In this document: positions 41,273 to 49,550 of the stretch, piece after piece
Layout of the letters: each line of letters starts with the position of its first letter
Position numbering within the stretch: the first letter of the stretch is position 1
Assembly (NCBI GenBank): GCA_030616605.1
Contig: JAUWWY010000001.1
Location: 132,251 to 196,250, forward strand
Length of the DNA stretch: 64,000 nucleotides
Origin: a bacterium
GTDB taxonomy: Bacteria; Patescibacteriota; Minisyncoccia; Minisyncoccales; CG1-02-41-26
Direction: 5' to 3'
Notes under the pieces: model-generated
Told to the model about the DNA's origin: nothing
The model's database searches: none
What the model saw: the letters and a program-made list of their open reading frames with translations, nothing else
Made by a program: the position numbers and the translations under genes

Positions 41273-41668
41273 ATGAAAGCAAAAGTAAAGAATTCAATTT
41301 TATTAATTGAAGACGACCCATTTTTAATAGATATTTATAAGAAAAAGTTTGAAAGTGCTGGTTTTAAAATAAGGGTAGCAGAAAAAGGAAGAAAAGCTCT
41401 GAGGATGTTAAAAGAAGAAATACCCGATCTTATAATTTTAGATATTGTTTTACCAGGAATTTTTGGTTGGGAGGTTCTAAGGAAAATAAGAAAAAATCCA
41501 AAATTAAAAGGATTAAAAATAATAATTTTGAGCAATTTGGGACAAAAAGAAGAAATAGAAAAAGGCTTAAAGTTAGGAGCAACCAAATATTTGATAAAAG
41601 CTCATTATACTCCAAGTGAAGTAGTAAAAGAGATAGAAAAGATATTAAAAATTTCAAAGGCCAAATAA
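41273..41668 (+). CDS. single-domain response regulator (CheY-like receiver)
   Basis: LLIEDD, DLIILDIVLPG and ILSNLGQ..K. Confidence 0.8.
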   Translation: MKAKVKNSILLIEDDPFLIDIYKKKFESAGFKIRVAEKGRKALRMLKEEIPDLIILDIVLPGIFGWEVLRKIRKNPKLKGLKIIILSNLGQKEEIEKGLKLGATKYLIKAHYTPSEVVKEIEKILKISKAK

Positions 41669-41694
41669 ATTGTGACCTGTGCTGGGTAATTTTT

Positions 41695-41724
41695 ATCGCC
41701 AACTAGGCGATTTTTTGATAGAAT
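41695..41724 (+). promoter_or_regulatory. T-P module copy 4
   Basis: ATCGCC-aacta-GGCGAT-T6-GATAGAAT. The -10 overlaps the ORF-track ATG at 41723. Confidence 0.65.
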
Positions 41725-41731
41725 GGAAAAT

Positions 41732-42325
41732 ATGATAAAAGCAATCATTTTTGATTATGGAGGCGTTTTGACAAAGGAGGTGTTTTTCTATAAGTTTGCA
41801 AAAATACACGCATCCAGGTTTGGAGTGGAGCAAAAAGAGTTCAATGAATTGATTAAAGAAAATTGGTCTAAAGCAAAAACAAATAAAATTAGCTCTAAAA
41901 CATTTTGGTTAAACTTGTCAAAATTTCTGAAAGTAGACAGTAAAGTTCTAAGAAAAGATATTATAAATTTCTTTGGCTTTAGATATGAAATTTTAGACCT
42001 GATAAGGAAGCTAAAAGAGAAGTACAAAATAGGGTTATTAACCAACCAAATAGAAGACTGGTTAGAGGGGGTTATAGAAAAGCACAAATTGAACGAAGTT
42101 TTTGATATTATAATAACTTCATACCGAACCAAGAAAGCTAAGCCAGACATTGCTATTTTCCAAGAAGCAATTGAAGGGTTGAGAGTTAAACCAGACGAGT
42201 GTATTTTTATAGACGACCTAGAAAATAATACCTTGGCAGCAAGCCGATTAGGTATGAAAGTGATTCTATTTAAGAATACTAAACAATTAATATCTGATTT
42301 AAAAAGAATGGGTATTAAAATCTAA
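41732..42325 (+). CDS. HAD-superfamily hydrolase (subfamily IA-like)
   Basis: IIFDYGGVL motif I, LLTN, and K..PD..IF..DD. Start placed at the ATG 7 nt after TAGAAT (leaderless). The alternative start is 41723. Confidence 0.7.
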   Translation: MIKAIIFDYGGVLTKEVFFYKFAKIHASRFGVEQKEFNELIKENWSKAKTNKISSKTFWLNLSKFLKVDSKVLRKDIINFFGFRYEILDLIRKLKEKYKIGLLTNQIEDWLEGVIEKHKLNEVFDIIITSYRTKKAKPDIAIFQEAIEGLRVKPDECIFIDDLENNTLAASRLGMKVILFKNTKQLISDLKRMGIKI

Positions 42326-42330
42326 ATTAA

Positions 42331-42429
42331 GCCCCATCGCTGGGCAGTTTTTATTTAACTTGACTTTCGAACAGAAAAGATGTTAATTTGAGATTAGTAA
42401 AGGTCGATTTTAACTATTGGTGAAAAAAT
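42331..42429 (+). promoter_or_regulatory. upstream module U, copy C (diverged)
   Basis: GCCCCATCGCTGGGCAGTTTTTATTTAACTTGACTTTCGAACAGAAAAGATGTTAATTTGAGATTAGTAAAGGTCGATT. Confidence 0.6.
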
Positions 42430-43437
42430 ATGAAAAGAAAATTAATTTTAGGTTTGATTATAGCTATAATTTTAGCTACTCTACCCGCATCAACGCTTGC
42501 CTGGGGTTCAGCAACCCATGCATATCTTACTGAAAAACTTGGAAATAAAGAAGATGTTCTGAATCAGCAAGAGATGTATGGAGCAACATTGATAGATGTG
42601 TTTAATTTTATGTTTGGTGTTCCGTATCAGCCATATTTATGGACAAAAACGCATTATGGATTTATGACATTAGTTGACGCAGCAGAACCCGAAGAAGCAG
42701 CACTTGCTTATGGATTTGTAAGTCATAACGAGGCTTGGGGAGCAGATTACACTGCACATATTAATGCTTTAACTCTTGAAGGAGATAAAGGATATGTAAT
42801 TACAAAAGGTGAAGAATTAGCTCCTTTGTTAGTGTCTACTATAATAGCATCTTTAGAAGAACTTTTAGGTGCCCCTCTACCGGACCCTCTACCACCAGTG
42901 TATGAAGAATTAATTGGAGAATTATCTTTAGGATTAGCTCATATTGGTATAGAGAGTGCAGTTGATTATTTGGTAAGTCAAAATGAGGATAGAAAAATTG
43001 GATATAAAATGTTAACTTCAGCACAAGAGAGAGATGATTCTGTTCCATTGTTGTTAAGTGAAGCATATGCAGAAGGTTTGGCAGAGGCAACTGGAATGTC
43101 ACTTGAAGTCGCAAATGGAATAATTTATGAAACTGAAAGTGAATTTCAAGCACAGATGATCAGTTATGGTGCAGCATTAACACAAGAAAATGCATTGGAG
43201 CTATTGGCTGAGCAAGGTACAGAATTAGCTATAATGATTTTAGAAGCAGAACATGGAATTGAGGTACCATCAGAAAGATACGGGGAGATATTTGCATTAG
43301 TAAAAAACTTAATGGCATCCACTTTGCTTGAAGCTATAGAAGTAGTTGAAGATGATTACTCTGAAGAATTAGAAGCAACACAAAAGTATGTAAAGAAACA
43401 ATTGAATGCAAATAAGATAAAGACTTATCGTCAGTAA
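42430..43437 (+). CDS. secreted protein with a zinc phospholipase C / S1-P1 nuclease-like N-terminus
   Basis: Signal peptide cleavage ..STLA|WGSATHAYL would expose an N-terminal Trp, as in that superfamily. The rest is acidic and helical. Confidence 0.4.
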   Translation: MKRKLILGLIIAIILATLPASTLAWGSATHAYLTEKLGNKEDVLNQQEMYGATLIDVFNFMFGVPYQPYLWTKTHYGFMTLVDAAEPEEAALAYGFVSHNEAWGADYTAHINALTLEGDKGYVITKGEELAPLLVSTIIASLEELLGAPLPDPLPPVYEELIGELSLGLAHIGIESAVDYLVSQNEDRKIGYKMLTSAQERDDSVPLLLSEAYAEGLAEATGMSLEVANGIIYETESEFQAQMISYGAALTQENALELLAEQGTELAIMILEAEHGIEVPSERYGEIFALVKNLMASTLLEAIEVVEDDYSEELEATQKYVKKQLNANKIKTYRQ

Positions 43438-43513
43438 ATTGATTATTTGAAAATTTCAAACCTGCCACTATTTAGCCCCGATACTCATCGGGGCTAAATT
43501 GTTTAGATTGGAC
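43419..43513 (+). repeat. downstream module D, copy 2
   Basis: Begins inside the last 6 codons of the gene. Terminator at 43471-43498. Confidence 0.75.
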
Positions 43514-43543
43514 CTCGCCAAGAAAACGATTTTTTGATAGAAT
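43514..43543 (+). promoter_or_regulatory. T-P module copy 5 (degenerate hairpin)
   Basis: CTCGCCaagaaaACGATTTTTTGATAGAAT. The ATG lies 6 nt after the -10. Confidence 0.6.
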
Positions 43544-43549
43544 GGAAAC

Positions 43550-44125
43550 ATGAATAATGTTGAGATTGAAATCCAAGTTAATATTGAAAATAGTAAATCA
43601 TTAATAGATTTTTTGGAAAAAAATGGTCAATTTAAATCAGAAGAACATCAAAAGGATGAGTATTTTTCTCCAACTCATCGCAATTTTATTGAAGTCCGTC
43701 CAGTAAAAGAGTGGTTAAGGTTAAGAGATTCGGATGGTAAATATTCTATAAACTATAAGAACTGGTATTTTGATGAAGATGGGAAAAGTCGTCATTGTGA
43801 TGAATACGAAACAAAAGTAGAAGATTTGGCTCAAATCAAAAAGATATTAGAGGTTCTTAATTTTAAATCTATTGTTAAGGTTGATAAAATAAGAAAAACT
43901 TGGATATATAAAGATTATGAAATTGCTATAGATTCTGTGAAAGAATTGGGGGATTTTGTAGAGATTGAATATATCAATAAAGATGAAAAAGTAGACCCAA
44001 AAAAGGTTACAGAAGAAATGATTAATTTTCTTAAAAGTATTGGTTGTGGAAAAATAAAAAGAAACTATGTAGGTTATCCATTTCAGTTGTTATTTCCAGA
44101 AGAAGTAAAATTTGAGGAACAATAA
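43550..44125 (+). CDS. CYTH-domain protein (class IV adenylate cyclase / triphosphatase family)
   Basis: EIEIQV start, LRLRD, and a tunnel-fold pattern ending GDFVEIEY. Confidence 0.8.
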   Translation: MNNVEIEIQVNIENSKSLIDFLEKNGQFKSEEHQKDEYFSPTHRNFIEVRPVKEWLRLRDSDGKYSINYKNWYFDEDGKSRHCDEYETKVEDLAQIKKILEVLNFKSIVKVDKIRKTWIYKDYEIAIDSVKELGDFVEIEYINKDEKVDPKKVTEEMINFLKSIGCGKIKRNYVGYPFQLLFPEEVKFEEQ

Positions 44126-44155
44126 ATCGCCAAGATGGCGATTTTTTGGTAGAAT
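44126..44155 (+). promoter_or_regulatory. T-P module copy 6
   Basis: ATCGCC-aagat-GGCGAT-T6-GGTAGAAT. The ATG lies 7 nt after the -10. Confidence 0.65.
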
Positions 44156-44162
44156 GAGATAT

Positions 44163-44741
44163 ATGACTAAGATAATTTTAGCTACAACGTCTCCATATCG
44201 TATAGAAATATTTAGGGTTTTAGGAATTGATTTTGAGGTGAAGGGAAGTAATGTTGATGAATCCCAAGTAGAAAGAAATAATCCGGAAGAATTGGTAAAA
44301 AGCCTTTCAAAATTAAAAGCTGAAGTTGTTGTTACAAACCACTCTGATGCTATTGTGATTGGAATGGATTCAGTTGGGCTTTTTAATGGTCAAATTTTTG
44401 AAAAACCAAAATCAAGAGAGGAAGCATTCCAAAGATTAAAATCTCTTTCAGGGACTACTCATCAATTTTATACTGGGATTTATATGATAAATACAGGTTT
44501 GAAAAAAGTAATTTCAAAGGTTGTGAAAACCAAAGTCTTTATGAGAAATCTTTCAGATAGAGAAATTAACAAATATCTCGACGAAGATCCTCATTTTAAT
44601 ACCTACGCTCTGGGTTATGACCCTGTAAAACATTACAGTGCATCATTTGTCAAAAGAATAGAGGGTAGTTATTACAATCTGTTAGGAGGTATGCCTTTAG
44701 AGGTAATTATTGAAATGTTGCCTAAAGTTGGATATAAATAA
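44163..44741 (+). CDS. maf: Maf-like nucleoside triphosphate pyrophosphatase
   Basis: IILATTSPYR, DE.. and KP.s.eEA. Start trimmed to MTKI after the T-P module. Confidence 0.85.
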   Translation: MTKIILATTSPYRIEIFRVLGIDFEVKGSNVDESQVERNNPEELVKSLSKLKAEVVVTNHSDAIVIGMDSVGLFNGQIFEKPKSREEAFQRLKSLSGTTHQFYTGIYMINTGLKKVISKVVKTKVFMRNLSDREINKYLDEDPHFNTYALGYDPVKHYSASFVKRIEGSYYNLLGGMPLEVIIEMLPKVGYK

Positions 44742-44862
44742 CAGGTTGTAAAATCGTCCCATTTTCTACAGCCATCAAAAAAGCCCATTGCTGGGTAATT
44801 TTTATTTTTCTTAGATATGGTAAAATAATAGAAAGGTCAAAATTAAAAAAATATCCAAAAAC

Positions 44863-44994
44863 ATGAAAAAGAAAACCAAAACCAGAGAATGGACAGTCTA
44901 TAGAAGCTCAATAACTGGTAGATTTGTTACGAAAAAACATGCCAAACAAAAACCAAAAACTACCGAGAAAGAAAGAGTAAAAATACGCAAATAG
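44863..44994 (+). CDS. 43-aa basic protein (not in the ORF track)
   Basis: MKKKTKTREWTVYRSSITGRFVTKKHAKQKPKTTEKERVKIRK, preceded by a diverged U-like module at 44781-44862. Confidence 0.3.
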   Translation: MKKKTKTREWTVYRSSITGRFVTKKHAKQKPKTTEKERVKIRK

Positions 44995-45017
44995 CAACTA
45001 TTTTTTGTCCTTGAGAT

Positions 45018-45036
45018 GGCGATTTTTTGGTAGAAT
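45018..45036 (+). promoter_or_regulatory. T-P module copy 7 (left arm lost)
   Basis: GGCGATTTTTTGGTAGAAT. The ATG lies 6 nt after the -10. Confidence 0.6.
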
Positions 45037-45042
45037 GAGAAT

Positions 45043-45501
45043 ATGCCACATATTCATAAACTCATAGATTTTGTAGTTGACATATTTATTGTTTATAAAG
45101 ACAAAATTCTTTTAATCCATCATAGAGGACAAAATAAATGGCTACCTATAGGTGGGCATATTGAATTAGATGAAGACCCAGAGCAAGCCCTTTTTAGAGA
45201 AATAAAAGAAGAATGTGGTTTAGAGATTGAGATTCTTGGAGAAAAGCCTTTAGTTCAGTCTCCCATAGCAAAATTTCTATACCCGCCAGTCTTTTTAGAT
45301 ATTCACAAAATCTCTGATACTCACAAGCATGTAGGGCTTTTCTATTTTGCCAAGGCCAAAAATGATAAAGCTGTATTGAATCAAAGAGAACACAAAGGAA
45401 TCAAATGGTTCAGCAAAGAAGATTTAGATAACCCTGATTTTAATCTTGACCCAATTATTATATTCTGTGCGAAAGAGGCCTTAAAAAAACTGGCTTGGTA
45501 G
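45043..45501 (+). CDS. NUDIX hydrolase
   Basis: Nudix box GGHIELDEDPEQALFREIKEECGLE. Confidence 0.85.
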   Translation: MPHIHKLIDFVVDIFIVYKDKILLIHHRGQNKWLPIGGHIELDEDPEQALFREIKEECGLEIEILGEKPLVQSPIAKFLYPPVFLDIHKISDTHKHVGLFYFAKAKNDKAVLNQREHKGIKWFSKEDLDNPDFNLDPIIIFCAKEALKKLAW

Positions 45502-45608
45502 ATATAATTTATCCTTAAATATGGGTTGCTGGAATAGTATGTATTAACTTGGTATAATAAGAATAAAAGGTCGGCTATATTTTGGTCACATTAAAAACGA
45601 AATTAAAA

Positions 45609-45764
45609 ATGAATACAAAAAATATTGGAGTAATTATTTTGGTTATAGTATTGATTGCTTTGGCTTGTTATTTATATTGGGGTCTAACAGAATGTAAGAC
45701 TGCGGCAACAGAATTGGGAACACAATTACAAGAGTGTGGAGAAGCTTTAACCAACCTTCAGTAG
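45609..45764 (+). CDS. small single-TM protein
   Basis: MNTKNIGVIILVIVLIALACYLYWG. TATAAT at 45553. Confidence 0.35.
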   Translation: MNTKNIGVIILVIVLIALACYLYWGLTECKTAATELGTQLQECGEALTNLQ

Positions 45765-45934
45765 GCGTGTGCTCCTTATCTTCCCGTAGAGTAATTAAAA
45801 ATTTTAATAAGAATCTCCGATTAAAGGGTCACTAGATTACTATGTGACCTTTTTTTTAAAGTCATCGATTGACAAATAGCAGTTTTTATGCTAATCTATT
45901 TTTAGTACCTAAACTTAATAAAAAGGAGAAAGAC

Positions 45935-46228
45935 ATGCCGAATATCATGATATGCGGGTTCCAACCTAAAAGGGCAGAGGGGTTAAGAACCAGTATCGAA
46001 ATAATTATGCGGAATATGAGCTTGGGTGACGAAGCGTTAACGTCGATCGTGGATATGGAAGCCAAGTCCTGTGACGGGACAAGGACCCCCATGCCTTATC
46101 TCCGCATCTGTTCCACTGATGAGGGTGAAATCCAAAAAATCATCAATACCTTCAAGGAGGAGGGGATAAAAGTCGACGTTGAGTGGCTGGTCCTGAACGG
46201 ATTCATCCCTGCTAACAAAATGACCTGA
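45935..46228 (+). CDS. hypothetical protein (GC-rich islet)
   Basis: SD AAAAGGAG 8 nt upstream. TTGACA-N17-TAATCT promoter. Terminator AAAGGCGTTC..GAACGCCTTT at about 46281-46308. Confidence 0.5.
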   Translation: MPNIMICGFQPKRAEGLRTSIEIIMRNMSLGDEALTSIVDMEAKSCDGTRTPMPYLRICSTDEGEIQKIINTFKEEGIKVDVEWLVLNGFIPANKMT

Positions 46229-46374
46229 CAGCTGGCATCTGAGTAAACTGAGGTACAGCTGGTCCCTCACTCTCACCAATAAAGGCGTTCTTATGAACGC
46301 CTTTTTCTTTGTCCTTTCATGAGCTAAGATAAGGGTAGTTCAATAAAAATAAAAAATAATAGAAGGACAGAACA

Positions 46375-46725
46375 ATGACAGATTTTTTACTTTCCCGGAA
46401 ATACTCAGGACCCCTGAAGGTTATCATTCACCCGCTCGGGAACGAAGAGCCCTTCAGTTTTACACCTCATTTCAGGGACTCAACACTCTTTGACTATGTC
46501 GGTCATGCCTGTGCCTGTATTTTCACAAACATGACCACTCAGTTGTCGGTGTGCACGAGACCCGAAGATTGGGAGGTGGTTCGGTTTGCTCCCGACGAGA
46601 ACATATTGGAGGTCTTGCAGGTAGGAGGCGAAGAGCTGGAGATTGAAATAGACGACCCACAGCGTTTATTATATTTCCTTAATACCATGGCATTCCTGCT
46701 ATTAGCAAAACCTCAATCGCAGTGA
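46375..46725 (+). CDS. hypothetical protein (GC-rich islet)
   Basis: 116 aa at about 47% GC. Terminator AAAACCCTAGGG..CCCTAGGGTTTT downstream. Confidence 0.5.
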   Translation: MTDFLLSRKYSGPLKVIIHPLGNEEPFSFTPHFRDSTLFDYVGHACACIFTNMTTQLSVCTRPEDWEVVRFAPDENILEVLQVGGEELEIEIDDPQRLLYFLNTMAFLLLAKPQSQ

Positions 46726-46867
46726 GGGAAGCCGTGATATATGGCTTGAGTTTTTAAAAACCCTAGGGATAACCCTAGGGTTTTAGTTACGCTGTAATTG
46801 ACAGGAATATACCTACATGCTATAAACAATACAGTTCTTGGAAAATTAAAATCAGAAAGGAATAGTC

Positions 46868-47161
46868 ATGAAAGAAGTGACAATTCAGAAAATCGATAGC
46901 ATCCGTGCTACCTACAACGCTACCTACGACACTTTCCTGATTCCCATTATGATTGGGACTGCTGCCTGTTTAGTTGTAATACCTTTAGTTATAACGTTCG
47001 GCATACTTCATGTTATTAACATGGGAGTGGCAGGACTCATTACTGCGTGTCTTATCGTTCTCGGCGGTCTCATCCTATACCTTGGCAACAGGCATTTCCA
47101 GCGGCTGAGAAACCGTTTCCATCTTTCTATAGAAAATCTTTCTTTAGAAAATGATGCTTGA
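46868..47161 (+). CDS. small membrane protein (GC-rich islet)
   Basis: Two TM segments. SD GAAAGGAA. Confidence 0.45.
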   Translation: MKEVTIQKIDSIRATYNATYDTFLIPIMIGTAACLVVIPLVITFGILHVINMGVAGLITACLIVLGGLILYLGNRHFQRLRNRFHLSIENLSLENDA

Positions 47162-47319
47162 CCCTTCTGTTCATCACCAAAAAAAGCCGAAAGTCTAATA
47201 AGACAAGTAGGCTTTTTTCATATAAAGGATTTTGTTTGGACTTGACTTTTTAATATTAATCTGGTATTATTAAAAAACTGTTCTTTAAATCTTAAATAAG
47301 CCAATAAAAGGAGAAAACG

Positions 47320-47913
47320 ATGAGAAAGATAATCATGTGTGTGGTTGTTTTCCTGTTTGTCCATGTCCAATTGGCCTCGGCACAGGGACTGGAACTTTCC
47401 GAAGCAACTACCAATGTCGGTAAAAGCGCATTCATCTCCGGGTTTGACATTACTCTAAAATTCAAAGGAGGTGGCAACCTGTTAGACGTGACAGGAAATG
47501 ATCAAAGAGTTCGTGCTACTTATCTTTGGGATTTTCCCTCGTCTATCAATGCAGGTATTTGCGGAGGTTTTTTCAAAAACATGCCTTTTGTAGGACCCTA
47601 TGTAACCTTTGCTCCATTCAGCTTCCTGTCTTTTCTTGAGTGGGTTGGCTGGAGTGGAGGAAAGCCGGATAATCCCGGGACGGAAATTAACTTCTTTTTT
47701 CATGACACAGCTGTTTTTCTAAATATTAAGAGTTTTACTCTCAGCTATGTTCATGAAAATTTCATGGAAGAGGAAGTATCGATTCCCGGAGTAACTTATG
47801 AAACGCCGATAAATAACGACTTTGAGTTTTCTATAGGCGTAGATTATAAGTTCAGTAAGGACTCGAAAGACGAACCCCTTTTCCATATGGGAGTTTCATA
47901 TTCCCCAGAATAA
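47320..47913 (+). CDS. secreted protein of unknown function (GC-rich islet)
   Basis: Signal peptide ..HVQLASA|QG. SD AAAAGGAG. Alternating beta-strand-like pattern. Confidence 0.5.
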   Translation: MRKIIMCVVVFLFVHVQLASAQGLELSEATTNVGKSAFISGFDITLKFKGGGNLLDVTGNDQRVRATYLWDFPSSINAGICGGFFKNMPFVGPYVTFAPFSFLSFLEWVGWSGGKPDNPGTEINFFFHDTAVFLNIKSFTLSYVHENFMEEEVSIPGVTYETPINNDFEFSIGVDYKFSKDSKDEPLFHMGVSYSPE

Positions 47914-48000
47914 CCGAATATCCTACATTGTTCATATAGAGGGATAAGATTTAATTCTTGTCCCTCTTTTTATTTAGAGAAATATTGGTAAAATTGAAAT

Positions 48001-48852
48001 ATGATAGAAAATATTGTTATATCCAATCCAGAAGAATTAGAAAAATCAAAAAAATCAATTTCTGAGGCTGGACCTGACAAGCTTCATGTTTTAGCTGACT
48101 TTGATAGAACTCTAACAACAGCTTTTATTGAGGGGAAAAGCGTGCCCTCTCTTATTTCGCTTTTACGTGATGGGAATTATTTAACGCCTGATTATGCTCA
48201 AAAAGCCAATAAACTTTACGCTAAATACCATCCAATTGAAATTGACCCGAAAATTCCATTAGAAAAAAAGAAGGATGCAATGCTTGAATGGTGGACAACT
48301 CACTCTAATTTGTTGATTAAATCGGGATTAAACAAAAAGGATTTAAAAAAACTTGTTGAATCCAAAAAGATTAAATTTAGAGATGGATTTGCAGGTTTTA
48401 TTGATTTTTTAAAAAGCTATGAGATTCCTTTAGTTATTATGTCCTCAAGTGGATTGGGTAATAATCTTATTTCAATGTTTTTAGAAAAACAAGAAAAGTT
48501 ATACGATAACATTTATATTATTTCTAATTCCTATGAATGGGACAAAAACAATAATGCAGTTGGTGTCAAGAAGCCGATTATTCATGCGATGAACAAAGAT
48601 GAAACTATTATCAAGGATTTTTCAGTTTTTGAGCTACTTAAGAATAGAAAAAATGTTTTATTATTAGGAGATAACTTGAATGACATTGGGATGGTAAAGG
48701 GCTTTGATTATGATAATTTGATTAAAATAGGATTCCTCAATGAAAATATGGAGGAGAACTTGGAATATTATAAAAATAATTACGATGTCATAATTTTAGA
48801 TGATTCTTCTATGGATTTTGTTAATGGGTTATTAAAAGAAATGATAAGATAA
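48001..48852 (+). CDS. HAD-type 5'-nucleotidase (UMPH-1/cytosolic 5'-nucleotidase III-like)
   Basis: LADFDRTLT motif I, IMSSSG and LLLGDNLNDIGM. Confidence 0.6.
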   Translation: MIENIVISNPEELEKSKKSISEAGPDKLHVLADFDRTLTTAFIEGKSVPSLISLLRDGNYLTPDYAQKANKLYAKYHPIEIDPKIPLEKKKDAMLEWWTTHSNLLIKSGLNKKDLKKLVESKKIKFRDGFAGFIDFLKSYEIPLVIMSSSGLGNNLISMFLEKQEKLYDNIYIISNSYEWDKNNNAVGVKKPIIHAMNKDETIIKDFSVFELLKNRKNVLLLGDNLNDIGMVKGFDYDNLIKIGFLNENMEENLEYYKNNYDVIILDDSSMDFVNGLLKEMIR

Positions 48853-48891
48853 TTTTCTTGACAAACCTTTTTAGAAACGCATAATGAAGAT

Positions 48892-49198
48892 GTTCTTTCA
48901 AAATACAGCATCGAACTTGTTAGCTAGGCGTCGGACTTTTACCCCCGAGCCAAAAGTGTGAGTGGGCCTACCTTTCTTCTACCTGCCAAGCAAAGGTCTC
49001 ACAACTATCGCTCTCTGTATTGCTCTCTGCGAAAATAAACGGCCAATACAGGAGGGCCTGATTCTTATATACGGTGGTCATCCGCATACCTCGACCATAC
49101 AGGAACCATACAGGCAATCTGAAAGCCTCCTGAGCGTGTAGCTAACAAGTTCACATTACTTCTATAGTCCACCTTTATATATTAAGGTGGACTTTTCT
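48892..49198 (+). ncRNA. multi-copy structured RNA family, copy 1 (about 307 nt)
   Basis: Promoter TTGACA (48858)-N16-CATAAT (48880). P1 is 48913-48926 paired with 49139-49152. Terminator at 49166-49198. Confidence 0.7.
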
Positions 49199-49240
49199 CT
49201 TTACTCTTGACAATTCTTTATAATAGTGTATAATAAAGAT

Positions 49241-49498
49241 GTTCTTTTAAAATATAGTATAGAATCTGTTAGCTGGGTGTCGGACTTTTGCCCCCGAAAA
49301 AAGTGTGAGTGGGTCTACCTTTTCAGCTCTCTAAGGTCTCACACACCTCTGTTGTCCAAACCTACCCCTTTTGACACAAAAATGACCCAAACAGGAGGGT
49401 CTAGCACTCCCAAGGCACAGACAATCTGAAAGCCTCCTGGACGTCTAGCTAACAACTTTTCTCTAGTCCACCTTTTATATATCAGGTGGACTTTTTTT
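49241..49498 (+). ncRNA. multi-copy structured RNA family, copy 2 (about 258 nt)
   Basis: Promoter TTGACA (49207)-N16-TATAAT (49229). Same block order as copy 1. Terminator at 49465-49498. Confidence 0.7.
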
Positions 49499-49509
49499 GT
49501 GGTCAAACC

Positions 49510-49538
49510 TCGCTAAAAAGGCATCTTTTTGATAGAAT
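49510..49538 (+). promoter_or_regulatory. T-P module copy 8 (diverged)
   Basis: CTCGCTAAAAAGGCATCTTTTTGATAGAAT. The ATG lies 12 nt after the -10. Confidence 0.5.
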
Positions 49539-49550
49539 AAAGTAAATCAT

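Noticed and set aside
48891-48962. Short ORFs starting at the conserved ATG of the RNA family (MFFQNTASNLLARRRTFTPEPKV in copy 1)
   Set aside because: The reading frame is not conserved: 23, 3, 23 and 9 codons in copies 1 to 4. Conservation is instead in paired nucleotide blocks.
49043-49115. Repeated AUACAGG(A) motifs of RNA copy 1 as CsrA/RsmA-binding sites (sponge RNA)
   Set aside because: Only two true GGA cores are present and they are not presented in hairpin loops. The motif is not repeated in the other copies. No csrA gene is in the window.
48913-49152. RNA-family copies as MITEs bounded by the 14-bp inverted repeat GAACTTGTTAGCTA/TAGCTAACAAGTTC
   Set aside because: Conservation extends outside the inverted repeats into the promoter and terminator. 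No target-site duplication was seen. Internal long-range complementarity covaries. This is kept as the main alternative in the finding.
49226-49429. 67-aa ORF inside RNA-family copy 2
   Set aside because: It has no counterpart in the other three copies, and it spans the promoter and the structured core.
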